Assembly: GCF_006345805.1 (NCBI RefSeq)
Contig: NC_043010.1
Span: 59,272,001-59,336,000, forward strand
Length of the DNA stretch: 64,000 nt
Direction: 5' to 3'
Source: Octopus sinensis
Taxonomy: Eukaryota
In this document: piece after piece, positions 12,001 to 24,265 of the stretch
Numbering within the stretch: position 1 is the stretch's first letter
How the letters are laid out: each line of letters starts with the position of its first letter
Made by a program: the position numbers and the translations under genes
The notes under the pieces: generated by a model
Seen by the model: only the letters and a program-made list of their open reading frames with translations
Told to the model about the DNA's origin: nothing
Database searches by the model: none

Positions 12001-13113
12001 ATGACAATATAGACTTCTGCTTCACCTGCTAAAAGTAACAGCTTCACCAACATCTTAAATATGGCTGAATATCCTGGATAATCAGCCAAGTTCTGGATAT
12101 AGATAATATACCTGAAAAAAAGAGAAGAGATGGTCGTAATTGGAACTCTTGTCAAACAATGAAAGCTCTAGTAGTACACTATTGCTCATTAGTGGTCTAA
12201 GTTCATTATGTTGTTTTACTGCTGCAGGTCTTTGCATTCTCTTGTGTTGGCTATGCGAAGGATAGAAGCTCAAAAAATGCTACTAAAAATTGTTAAAATT
12301 GTATGTAAAAGAAAGAGGAATATATTTGTGATAGTCATCATACATGTATATAAATGTGATTCGTGGTAGCAGCAAAGGATTAAATGTGGTTTGTGATGAC
12401 AGTAAAAGAGTGAATATGAGTGATGCTGTACAAAGTTTGCTTTAATTATCAACTCTAGTTTAGTTTGTTATTTATGATACAACTTCAAATTTGTCATCAA
12501 CTAAATTTGCATTTCTGAAATGAGAAGAACCAAAAGTTATTTTAGAAATAGAACTACTGAAAATAAGGGTTGTAGATAACATAATAATGGAGTAGACATC
12601 CTTGATATTGCTCAAAAGATTATCAGACATCTTCATCTTCATATTATCTGAAGAGTGTTTGAAAGGATTTGGGCTTGAAGCAAAGCTTTCAACAAACATT
12701 GCCTAACAATTTTTCATATTCATATCCTATTAAAAGAAATCAAGTAGGGAAAAGAAGGTCAACAATTGTAGAGTTCACTCTTTTAGTAACAACTAGAGTT
12801 TGAGATACAAAGCTGAAAAAATTTGTATTTTGCAAGGAAAATGTAACTAGGTTGTGTGAAGACTTCACTGGGAAGCTTCTTTTTATAAATTGAAAGCCTT
12901 CTTACAATCCATAGTACATTTTATTACATTCTATAATATTGTATCAGTAATTATGTCTCAACAATAATACCTTTTTTTGATGTTTCTAAATCTGTCTGAT
13001 GCCTAATGTCTCAAACTTCTTATATCTTTTCATTTGATTATCTACAAACTTATTTTTCGGTTTTAGGTTTAGTCCTCATCATATCTGAACAATAACCATT
13101 ATTATACAACAAT

Positions 13114-15487
13114 ATGTTCCTATCGTTGTCTATTGTATTGTCACTGGTCCACTGTGTTTTGACCATAGACCTTACCTACCATGTGGAAGAAGAGAGAAGT
13201 CCAGGAACGTATGTAGCAGACATTGCTGCCGATTCTAAACTTTTGGACAATGTTAAACCATCTGACCAACATTTGATAACATTCAGTCAATTCAAACGAA
13301 AGGTGGCACAGTTATTTAATATCACCAAAACAGGTAAACTGTACACTGCTCAGACACTGGATGCAGAAGATCTCTGCACATTCAACAAAGAATGTTCCAG
13401 AACTGTGAAAGTTATTATAAAGAAAGTGGATAGTTTCACAAAAATATTAAAAGTCAAAATAGTAATAGAAGATATTAATGACCATGAACCTAAATTTCCT
13501 ATAAAGAATGTCAACATAGAGTTTGGAGAAGATGCCCGCATCAGTTCAAAAAGATCACTACCGAATGCCATAGACAAAGATGTTGGATTTCAAAATTCCT
13601 TAATTCAATATAAATTAAAATCAAAGAATGGAGAACCATTCTCTCTGTCAGTGTCTAAAAGAGCTGATGGTATTTCTTCACTTAATATAGTTTTAAAAGA
13701 AACATTAGACAGAGAAATGAAAGATACGTATTTATTACAGGTCATAGCTAAAGATGGAGGGTCACCAGCAAAACAAGGTATTCTAAATATAAATATTTCC
13801 ATAACAGATTTGAATGACAACCCACCAGAGTTTTCTAAACCTCTCTATAATATATCCATACAAAGTGCACATCACAAAGCTAAGCCCATCATTGTTTTGT
13901 CTGTGACTGATGCTGATTCTGGTGAAAATGGTAAAATTACTTTCCACTTCAGTCCAAAGACATCAGATCTAGCAAAAAGCTATTTCCTGTTAAATGAAAC
14001 CAGTGGAAATATTTTCTTAAGTAAATATTCGAGTCTAGGTAAAAAGAAAACTTATGAATTGTTTATTGAAGCCAGAGATGGGGGCACCCCACCCTTTAGT
14101 TCTATAGCAACAGTTCTAGTGAATGTTATCAACCAACACAATAATCCTCCATCTATGAATATAGATTATGTCTCTGCACTCAATTATAACACAGGTACCA
14201 TCTCTGAAAACATCAAAGTTGGTAGTTTCATTGCTTATGTGATGGTCACTGACAATGATGTGGGACAAAATGGAGAGGTCAGCTGTGATATCAAACATGA
14301 TACATTCAAACTACAGTCAATGGGATCTAAAGAATATAAAATCATTCTAAACAAACCAGTGGACAGAGAAACACAAGGACACTATAACATTCCTGTCTCC
14401 TGTCAAGATAAAGGATTACCTCCTCTGAAAAGTGTTAAAAGCCTCTCTATCCAAGTGACTGACATCAACGATGTACAACCACAGTTTACCAAAGATACAT
14501 TCCAATTCCTCACCTACGAAAACAAAGATAAAGACTTCCCTATGGTTTTGTCAATGCCACTGACCCTGATCTTGGATCTGCTGGACAACTCACATATTCT
14601 CTGCTGCGTAAAGAAAAATCCAATCTCCCATTTCTCATCACCAGTTATGGCTTCATTTCAGCGACCATGTCATTGGACAGAGAGAAACAAGATGTGTATA
14701 AGTTTGAGGTTTTTGTCAAAGATAATGGAAGCCCATCTCTGAATGACACAGCGAATGTTGTTGTTGAGATTCTAGATCAAAATGACAATGCTCCGTATTT
14801 TACGTATCCTAGTAGTGACCCTTACACGCTAAATGTGCAGTACCATCCGCAGAGTAAGAGTGACATCACAGTTTTGAGAGCGTCTGATGGGGACAGTGGA
14901 AACAATGCTTTCCTCAGATATGCAATCATACAAGGAAATGATAAACAGTTGTTTAGTATGAACTCACACAGTGGTGCTTTATCCTTCTCCAGACAAGTTT
15001 ATCTAAATGATGCTGGAAGTTATGAGCTGGTGTTTGTTGTGAAGGACAGTGGTAGTCCAGTTCAGTCGTCAACAACTAGTGTCACTTTGGTATTGGCTGT
15101 TAGTAACGAGACATCACCAATGTCGAAGAGTGGACCTTTACAATCTTCAGGTCGGGTCCATATGACATGGGTTATTATCATTGTATCATCAGCAGTAATA
15201 ATATCAGTGGCTATTGTTGTTTCTATAACGCTGTGTATTATGAAATGTATTAACACAGAGATAACACAGCTGCTGCCACAAAGAATACAGCCTACCAAGG
15301 TAGAGCAGAGATGAAACAATTGTTGTACCAGACTAACACTTCTGTTGCTATGTCGAGGAATGCAGAAGAGATGGTGAAGCGGAATATCTATTCTGAGAGA
15401 TCCAAGAGTGAATGTTATGCAGAAGGTCAGCTACAGAACAAATATGAATCTTCAGTTCAGTCGAGAACTTTACCAAAACCTACCCCA
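13114..15487 (+). pseudogene. Pcdh: Protocadherin gene 2 main exon with two 1-bp deletions (pseudogene or assembly errors)
   Basis: Acceptor at 13066/13067 and donor at 15487/15488; exon is 2374 nt versus 2376 in paralogs; missing T near 14543 (CCTATGG vs CCTATTGG) and missing A near 15253 (TTAACAC vs TTAAACAC); split into three ORFs in the track. Confidence 0.75.
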
Positions 15488-15658
15488 GTAAGTGGAAACT
15501 TTACATTTTCTCTCTGTAAAAGTGAACAATGAAATCTTTTTGAATATGTTTTAACTTCAATAATACATTCCAATATTAAACTGTTCTCTTTCCGTGTTGA
15601 TTGTAACTTCCATTGTTTGGTGTCTTCTCACATTTCTTTATCGTTTGTTTGTCAACAG

Positions 15659-15812
15659 AAATACTGTCAACCTGTTGTGGTGACATCAAGTGATGATGCT
15701 GTGGAAGATAATGCTACTATGGTTTGTAACTATACATCAGATACAATGTCATCCAAGAGAAGTGGTAGACAAGGAGACTTGAAACATTATGAAGAAATAC
15801 CAGGAGTATCAG
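15659..15812 (+). CDS. Pcdh: Pcdh gene 2 second coding exon
   Basis: Near-identical to 7260-7413; donor G|GTTAGC. Confidence 0.8.
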
Positions 15813-16010
15813 GTTAGCAACTACATTGAGAACATCTTAAATGTAATAATTTAGAAATACATGACCTGTTGTTTTAGGAATGGAGTAAATATCATTCTGT
15901 TCCCTGCAGCTATAGTTTTATGTTCAAAACAGAAAGGCATAAAAGTTACTTTTAATGGAAATAAAGTACATAACACTTTTTAGCTATGTATATATCTTTA
16001 AACAACTTCA

Positions 16011-16440
16011 TATCATCATCATCATCATCATTGAATGCCTGTTGTCTATGCTGGCATGGGTTGGACCCATTTAGCAGGGTTGGCAAACTGGAAGGCCGCA
16101 CCAGACTCCATTCTGGTTTGGCATGGTTTCTACAGTTGGATGCCCTTCCTAATGCCATCCACTCCGAGAGTGTAATGGATGCTTTTACGTGCCACCAGCA
16201 CAGCTGCCACAACAGTGATTTAACTGTTCAAGTATGACATAATGCCAAAGGTCTCAATCATTCATCGTTGCCTCCATGAAGCCCAACACTCGAAAGGAGC
16301 TTTCCACATGCCACCAGCATCAGCCACTTTACCTCCATGAGGCCCAATGCTTGAAAGGTGCTTTTTACATGCCACTGGCATAGGGGCCAGTTATGTGACA
16401 CCAGCATCAGCCACAACTATTTATGGTTCCATACTTTGCT
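16011..16440 (-). mobile_element. 3' end fragment of RTE-associated repeat
   Basis: (CAT)n tail and GGATGCCCTTCCTAATGCC motif matching the 3' region of the element at 32430-33367. Confidence 0.6.
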
Positions 16441-19110
16441 CAAATATACTATCACAACATCATATTCACATCTTTTATCAGTTATCTTTCACTTGTTTCA
16501 GTTTGACCGCATGTGTACCGTTGGCGATTTTTTTTCCTCTGTCTTTCCTTCTCCTATGTTTCCAACGAAGAGCTCTGCTCGAAACGTTAAACCCTCCTTC
16601 TTTCTTTCTTTCCTGAGCGTCCAATAATACTATATTTGTTCCACGTCCTCGCGTTGTTGTTTTTTTGTGCTTTCTTGTTTGGATTAACTATATATATATA
16701 GGTGAATGAATTATCCTATGTTTATCGTCAGCATGGAAAATTCGTTGAACCGATACCAGGGTAGCAAATTCGCGTCAGAAACACGGTTGAAGCGACCTGT
16801 CCAAGGGTAGAAACTCCGGGTTCATTTGCAGAAATTTGTGTGTTATGTATGAATAAATGAAAGAATGGAGTCGAACGAAAATTTTAACAAAATTCCTTTA
16901 CTCTCGACATATGTTTCGAAGACCACATGGTTTCATTCCAAAGGAATAAAGGGTGTATGATGCAATCTTCTCATCAGGAAAGAAAGGGAGCCTCTCTCGG
17001 CAACAAGACAAACAAATATATATATATAGCAAGCTACCATACAATTTCTGTCTACCAAATTCACTTAAAAGCATCGATAGTAGAAGACACTTGCCCAATA
17101 TGTACAGGAATCATATATTTTCCCCTACAAAATCACTTTAAAATATCTTTCAATAAGTGGATGACGAAACAGTCAATTTGATTTTTCTTCAAAATATTCT
17201 TGTAAATTAAGGATGTGTTTTATGCAAGCAGGTACAGGCTAATGCTCCTCCTAAGCCAAGGAAGATGTAGCCAAGAAAACTGTATCCTCTTCATGAATAC
17301 ATCACATCTTAGGTATTTCAATCTGCTGCTTGAGCCCTTCCCTCTTCAGGGCTCACCACAACCACTTTGTTGCAGAGCAAGGAAGTGTGAAATGGAAAGT
17401 ATCAGCTGGTACTTTATCAGCCCTGAATGGAGGAAAAGTGAAGGTGGTGGGGTTTGAACCTAGAGGCAGACTGCTGGAATAATTAAACAATATTTACTAA
17501 CTTTCTATTGACTCAGCAAATTCTCTCTCTCTATCTCTCTATCTATCTATCTATCTATCTCTACCTATCTATCTATCTCCCCCTCTCTCTCTCTATCTAT
17601 GCCCCTCTCTCTCTCTATGTATCTCTCCACTTCTCTCTCTCTCTCTCACACACAGTAAGAGAGAGAGAGTGAAAGAGAGGGTGTAGAGAGAAAGACAAAC
17701 AGAATACTATGTCCGTGGAGAGAATGTTAAAAGCATCAAAGCCAGATATTTGTGTGTGATAATCTTGCAGACCTCCTTAGAAGAGATTATCAACTATTTC
17801 TAAGAAATATATAAAATTGTCTGCAAGTAAAATTTCACCTAAATATGTTTATATTTTAGATTATTAGAAATATAAGAACTGAATATTTAATTTCCTCTTC
17901 ATATTACACTGTTTTTATGAAGAAATAATTACTTCTACAATTTTATAAATATTAATATGCTATATTGAAGAAGCTGATCAATATCTTTGAGAGTGTAGAG
18001 TTTATTTTGTTGCCGCTCAAGTTAGTTAGGAAAGAAGGCCCCAAATTCAAAACAGTATATTCTCACTCAATTACTGATTACTAAATTTCTTGCTACTGTA
18101 ATTACATGTGAGCAGAATGCATACCTCACCAGCTATTCCCTGATACTGTTTATTTTTCTCACGACCCAAAACCATTTCCCTTAATATCCATCCTTCACTG
18201 TTAATACTGTCCACTCCACCCACATTTCACATTGATTACCCTTTTGTGCCTCCAAATTATCTCCCCTTCTCCATCACCATACATCTCATTCTCCCCATGC
18301 ACTTCACATTACTCTCTACCCCCTACATTCTTGCAACCTACTCAATCACATGTCATTTCTCTCTCTCTCTCTCTTTCTAACCATCTCTTATGCTTCCCCT
18401 GTCTTCAGTATCTTTACTACTATTCTGCTGCTCTTCACCCCTCTTTGCACTCAGTCACCTCCTACTCTCCCCAACTCATATATCACTGTTCACCCCCACC
18501 CCACCACTTATCCACCTCTCAACCCCATTCAATCTCTGCAGTCAGCACCTGTTCCTTCGTACCTTCCTATATACTTACCATTCCTCAGTGCTTGTTCATC
18601 ATTCATTGTATTCCCCCCTCACCCATGTATCACCTCTAAACCATCTCTCACTTTCCCCGTACACCTTTCCATACACTCTTTGTTCTTCTGTCCTCACTCA
18701 TTTCTACTCACTTTATACCTTGAGGGTCCACCCTGAAGGCGCATCATCACGTTTGTTATCCCTTTTCAGTTTCACCTCAGTTACTCCTTCATCCTCTTGT
18801 CTATATGAATCAAGTATCCAAGTAGCTCCTCTGTAACAGTTCTGTTCTGGCCCCTTCTCTCATACTTTTACCTCCCATCCCCTCTACTGTAGCTCCATAC
18901 AGTTGAAAGGGGTCTTTGTTTTGCAAAACACACGGCAACTTCACTAGTGCTGGTGTCATGATAAAAGCACCCAATACACATTAAAGTATTTTTACAGTAA
19001 AACTTTTGTATGAAAGCATTTTTATTTAAAAACATAATTTTGTATCTTTATATTTATACATAAATACAATGGAAACATTTACCTCCTATGTTTATAAACA
19101 AACTTTTTTA

Positions 19111-19144
<34 letters not shown>

Positions 19145-19234
19145 TATGTTGGTGCAAACAGGGGAAATAGAACTCAAAATGTGAATATATGTGTATTTTT
19201 ATTAATATTTAACAGAAGCAACAGAGTGACTCAA

Positions 19235-19276
<42 letters not shown>

Positions 19277-19366
19277 AATAAAAAAGGTTGTTTTTGTAAC
19301 ATAGGAGGTGAATATTTCCATTGTATTTCTATATGTATAAATATAAAGATACAATATATATTTATA

Positions 19367-19700
19367 TATCATCATCTTTTAACATCTGTTGTCCATACTG
19401 GTCAGACAGTTTGGCCAGAGCTGGCAAGCTGGGGAGGCTGCCACCAGACTCGTCTGATATGCCATGGTTTCTATACTTGAATGCCCTTCCTAACACCAAC
19501 CACTTTACAGAGTGTGCAGGGTGCTTTTATGTGTCGTCACAAGGGCACTTTTATGTGGCCTTGCACGGGTGCTTTTACATAACACTGCTACAAGTGCTTC
19601 ACATCACCAGCAAGATTTCTACTGTGGGTACGGGTCTTCTTCACTATGGCCAGGCGCCAGGTGTCTTGGTCTTTTGTCATCTCGCACCTTTTCAAATTAT
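19367..19700 (-). mobile_element. 3' end fragment of RTE-associated repeat
   Basis: Same family motif (ATGCCCTTCCTAACACCAACCAC) and CAT tail. Confidence 0.55.
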
Positions 19701-19769
19701 TTTCCCCATAATATTTAATGAAATGATACATTATAATTTTGGTAAAACTATTTTATTTCTAAATTCCAG

Positions 19770-19846
19770 ATCAAAATATATATAAAAACAATGGCACCTC
19801 TACATCAAAAGATTCCAGTGAAGAGACACCAGTGAAACATGTGTAA
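19770..19846 (+). CDS. Pcdh: Pcdh gene 2 terminal coding exon (D-QNIYKNNGTSTSKDSSEETPVKHV*)
   Basis: TTCCAG|AT acceptor, intact 77-nt exon. Confidence 0.8.
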
Positions 19847-19948
19847 TTATATAGCTGAAGTTATATAGCTATCTTTCCCTATGTGAATATAAACTATAGA
19901 CTATTCAGTACACATACAGCATCAACATACATTCTTTATTAATTTCAC

Positions 19949-20025
<77 letters not shown>

Positions 20026-20428
20026 TACTCTAAGACATGGTGTCCATACATAAACAGAAAAAAATGTTTTAATTGCTAAAAATTACATTGTAGAGATAAA
20101 TTATTATTATATAAATATATTCAATTTGGAACATCTTAAATATTCATTAAAGTTAGTTTAATATTTATTACAAATTGAATGAATAAGAAGGGGGAGTGAA
20201 GGCCACAAAATAATTTTTTGTAAATCTTAGAATATTTTAATGCCATGTTGTCATTAAAAATAACATTTTCTGATATGTAAACAAAAATGGACTCGAAATT
20301 GAATCTAGTTATCAATATTAGTAAGGCTCGTAATTAAAGCATTAATGTCCCTTCATCTAACTTGTCCCCTATTATAAACATGAGGTACCTATTTCATCAA
20401 AACTAATCAATATTAATGAAACATCTTT

Positions 20429-20458
20429 ATTGGTCTCCTGTTTGGGTATTCAACCAAT
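20429..20458 (+). promoter_or_regulatory. Inverted CCAAT pair, putative promoter of gene 3
   Basis: ATTGG-N20-CCAAT about 192 bp upstream of leader copy 3. Confidence 0.6.
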
Positions 20459-20649
20459 CAGATCCTCACTAAAACCCAGAAAGAAACCACTCACAAAGAT
20501 ATTCACATTACTGATGTTTAACTATAGAAAATTGCAGTCATTCAAACATACACCTAAATGTATTTAAATGATCGTTGGCCATGATAAAGAAACATTATCT
20601 TTAAGGATAAATACATACAGAATATTATTAGATGGACGTACTCCCACAA

Positions 20650-20835
20650 AACATACAACTTCAGTGACACATGCAACCCTCTCCTAGCAGCAGACTCTCT
20701 GCCTGACGTGCTACACTACTCCATCACCATAACAGCCATTGTCACACCATTACAGCAGCACTTACAATGGATCTTTCTACAACAATACATCTTTCTCTTT
20801 CTCACTGAATAACCAATGATATAATTATTAAAAAG
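20650..20835 (+). other. Putative non-coding leader exon of Pcdh gene 3
   Basis: 186-bp conserved block, donor at 20836. Confidence 0.75.
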
Positions 20836-22853
20836 GTAAGTTTCTATTTAATCTTTTATAATCTCATTTGATATAATAAATCTCACTGAACTTGAAATAA
20901 TATTGTTCTAACATATTTAGTATTAATAAGAGAACAAAGAGATTGAACAATAATTCACCCATATTTTTCTATAATGTTTTTCATATTGTTTTGTCTCAAA
21001 ATTAATTGGATAATATTATTTGAAATGTTTGATATTTAGACTTTATTCCATTAAATTATTATTACGTGTCTCTGTACTATCTGGTACAAATATTGATGAG
21101 TAACAATAGAAGACAATCTATAGAGTGTAGTGTCATGTGTGTGTGTGTGCACGTGTGTGTGTGTGTAGAATATGGCATATGAAAGATTTAATGATGTTTG
21201 TTATGAAATATGAAGAAATACCCTACCATGTACTTCAGTCCCATTATCATGTGTAGCTTGTTCTCTTGGCTTATATAGTGCTGTGTCATACCTCTTGGTT
21301 TAGACTAATGGCAGATTGACAGATTCACAGCCGTTGAGAAGTGAACAGTAGTTTGTTTCATAAGATATGTAAATAATCTATTGAGAAGGGTCAAGTCTAC
21401 TCGTTATTAAATACATGGAAACCAGAGTTAAATATTTATATATTAAATTTTGGAATATGTTTGTGTCTATACATCTTAATATTTCATAAATAAATGGTGA
21501 GTGAGGATTGTCAAAGATGAAATTTATTTTAATTTCTTTTAAAATTTTAATTTTTTTCGTAAAATTTCCTATAAACATTTTGTATAAGAGTTTTGTTTTG
21601 TCTATTTTGAAGTCCTCTGTTCTAAATAACTGATTTTTCCTCCTTGTAACAAGAACTAAATTAGAGACTTTGCTTTTAATACAGTTGCCATTATGAGATA
21701 ATACATTATGCTTTTTGTTTTCAAAATTATTTACCAGATCTTCAAAATATGAACCATGATCATGGCACATGTGTTCAATAAATATCTAATGAATGTCATC
21801 ATAATTATATTGATATCAAATAAAATTTCAACTCCTTAAAATTTAATCTAGCAGACATTTCTCACAAAATTGCTATAAAAGTAAGCTAGCAGAAGTAAAA
21901 CATCATTTTTATACTGAAGATGAAAATATTGGAAAGGGTGGTATGGTGATATTTTCCAAATGCCTCTACAATCTACTTATCAGCTACCTGTCATATATTC
22001 CTGTGCAGGATGCATGCCATGGCTTGATGCATCCTCATTCTTATTTCATTTCAGCTAAAATGATAAAGCACAATGTTTCCTAGCAGTTCATGCTATTTGC
22101 TAATTTGAATTCTTAATTGACTATATTTTGAAAAGTTAAAGAGATAGGAATTCAATCTAAAATGCTTAGATTGAATTCCTATCTCTTCAACTTTTCAAAA
22201 TATTCTCCACATTTTAGAAAGAGCATCCAAATCACCCTCAAATGACATCTTACCATAATAAATAAAGAATACGTGAAACCCCTGATATCCAAAAGAAGAT
22301 GAGATGGTCACAGTTGAAATATCTTCAACTATAGACCTATGAGATCAGAGCTGGCCTGAGCCTAAACTATTACAGCTTAGCTAATAACCTCAGTGTATAA
22401 GGGAATTAATTCATAACTTCATATCAAAATAACAAATTACATGCCTAAGATGATGGAAACGCTTATCTTCTGAACTAAAGATGTTGGATAAAAAAGTTGT
22501 TTGCTCTCAGATAAAATGTTATCAATCTAATGATAGAATGGTGGAGTGTGACACTGGAGGTTGCAGGGATTTTAGATCTGAGATGACTTTATGTTGTATC
22601 CATGTAAAAATGTAAAATGCCTTGTCACATACTAATCATGTTTATTTAAAATGTTTATATCTCAATAAAAACTGTAAACAAACACCTTAAAAACAAGGTT
22701 AATTAGTCTGAAAAATTATAATCTTAATACTAACAAATCATAGGAGGCATTTTCGTATTTATCCTCCTTGAACTACATTGGCTTATTATAATCATTGCTT
22801 GTCACAAGTTTAATCACATTGAAAGAAGAGATAAAAATGCTTTTGAATATGAT

Positions 22854-23280
22854 CAGGGCTGGATTAAGACCCATTGAGGCCCTAAGCACTTAAAAGATTT
22901 TGGTGCCCCCATAAAAGATTATGTAATTCAAAATATAAATAATAACAAACCATGAAATAATTTTTTATTTTTTAAAACGAAACAAAACAGTAAGAGGGAA
23001 AATAACATTTATTTTTGTCTCCTTCTATTTTATTTAGATTTGAAAAGTTTCCTCCTACTTTTTTTGAATTGCAAAGTCTTGGATCAGATCCTCAAAATTA
23101 ATCTTAGGCAACACATCTGCATCTATTCTTAATAGAGATAAAGGCATCCCAAATATTATTTTAGCAAGTTTAAAGGGATTTCTTTTGTGCTGTAAACCAT
23201 TTACCATTTCTGTGGTGCCCCTTCCGTTCCTTGATGCCCTAAGCATGTGCATATTCTGCTTAATGGTTAATCCAGCACTG
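22854..23280. mobile_element. hAT-type MITE (427 bp)
   Basis: TIRs CAGGGCTGGATTAA / TTAATCCAGCACTG; perfect 8-bp TSD AATATGAT at 22846-22853 and 23281-23288. Confidence 0.85.
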
Positions 23281-23763
23281 AATATGATACCAATTTATGA
23301 CCAGTTTTAAAGATCTAATAACATTTGCTGACAGCTTGATTAAAAGTGATGAAGATGTACATAGACATATCCTACTTTGATTTAAAACCAAAGTTTCTGG
23401 GTTAATTCTGAGTGCAAAAGGTAATGTGAAGATGTACATAGGTTTAAGTATCCGAGATAGATTACAATTCTGAAATTGATAGACTCCTCTTAAAACAGGT
23501 TTCTTATGGAATATACAAATTTTATCATCAAAGAAAATGCTCAAAAACTAATGGGATTCCTTTGTGGCTGAGGAAGCTATCCACCTGATGATGGATGCTA
23601 TATGCATCATGTGCTTAATGTAGTTGTACACTAGCTTTCATATACAACTTGTAATCAGAGCCAGGGTTAATATCTCGTGGCATGGATGATCTCTAATCTG
23701 AGACTAAATAGAAGATGATCTAGCTTGTATTACAGACAGCCATGTGAACTGAGCTAATATAGA

Positions 23764-23991
23764 TTAACCCTTTAGCATTTAGATTATTCTTCCAAATGTA
23801 TTGGTTATCTATTTACATTGTTTTGAATTAATCATGCAATATCTAATAGCTTTCAGATCTCGATGATGTAATTCAATATTTTTAGAATGACATTGTAGGG
23901 TAAGTGTGAGAGATGAGATCTGGCTGATTTGAGTGTAAGACAGGTGGAATATTTCAGCCAGGTATGGCTGGTTTAAATGCTAAACGGTTAA
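23764..23991. mobile_element. piggyBac-type MITE
   Basis: TTAA-CCCTTTAGCATTTA ... TAAATGCTAAACGG-TTAA. Confidence 0.7.
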
Positions 23992-24265
23992 AGTGTCCTG
24001 TCAAGAACTAAATAATAAAACCAACAATATATCTAATGTCATAACATGTCAGTATATCCAGATTTTATTTACTTGACTTTCTTCTATGAAACACTACTAA
24101 TATCATTTATTTGAAAACATCATGATGATTATATTGTAATATCAATATTCTTATAATTTATGACTGATTAAATAAATAATTAATTAATTCAATCACATTT
24201 CTATTTAAGGTTCAATCTTCACCATACTTGGACGACTTTACCTAGTAGCAACACACAGCTTCAAA

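Noticed and set aside
16895-16945. Minus-strand GAAAC-ATAT-GTC resembling a hammerhead 3' half
   Set aside because: No recognisable CUGANGA upstream and helix II is poorly paired
18232-18836. Overlapping Ser/Leu/Pro/His-rich ORFs here and at 34165-34887, and Cys-Val/Tyr-Ile ORFs elsewhere
   Set aside because: Translations of CT-rich repeat bodies and microsatellites
20634-20813. About 59-codon open frame (WTYSHKTYNFSDTCNPLL...FLFLTE*) across the leader block, and a possible AG|ATGG acceptor making it an alternative last coding exon
   Set aside because: No in-frame ATG; the AG lacks a polypyrimidine tract and is out of frame or absent in copies 5 and 6
21378-21770. 130-aa minus-strand ORF
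   Set aside because: AT-rich, Lys/Ile/Asn-biased, no recognisable motif, not present in other units
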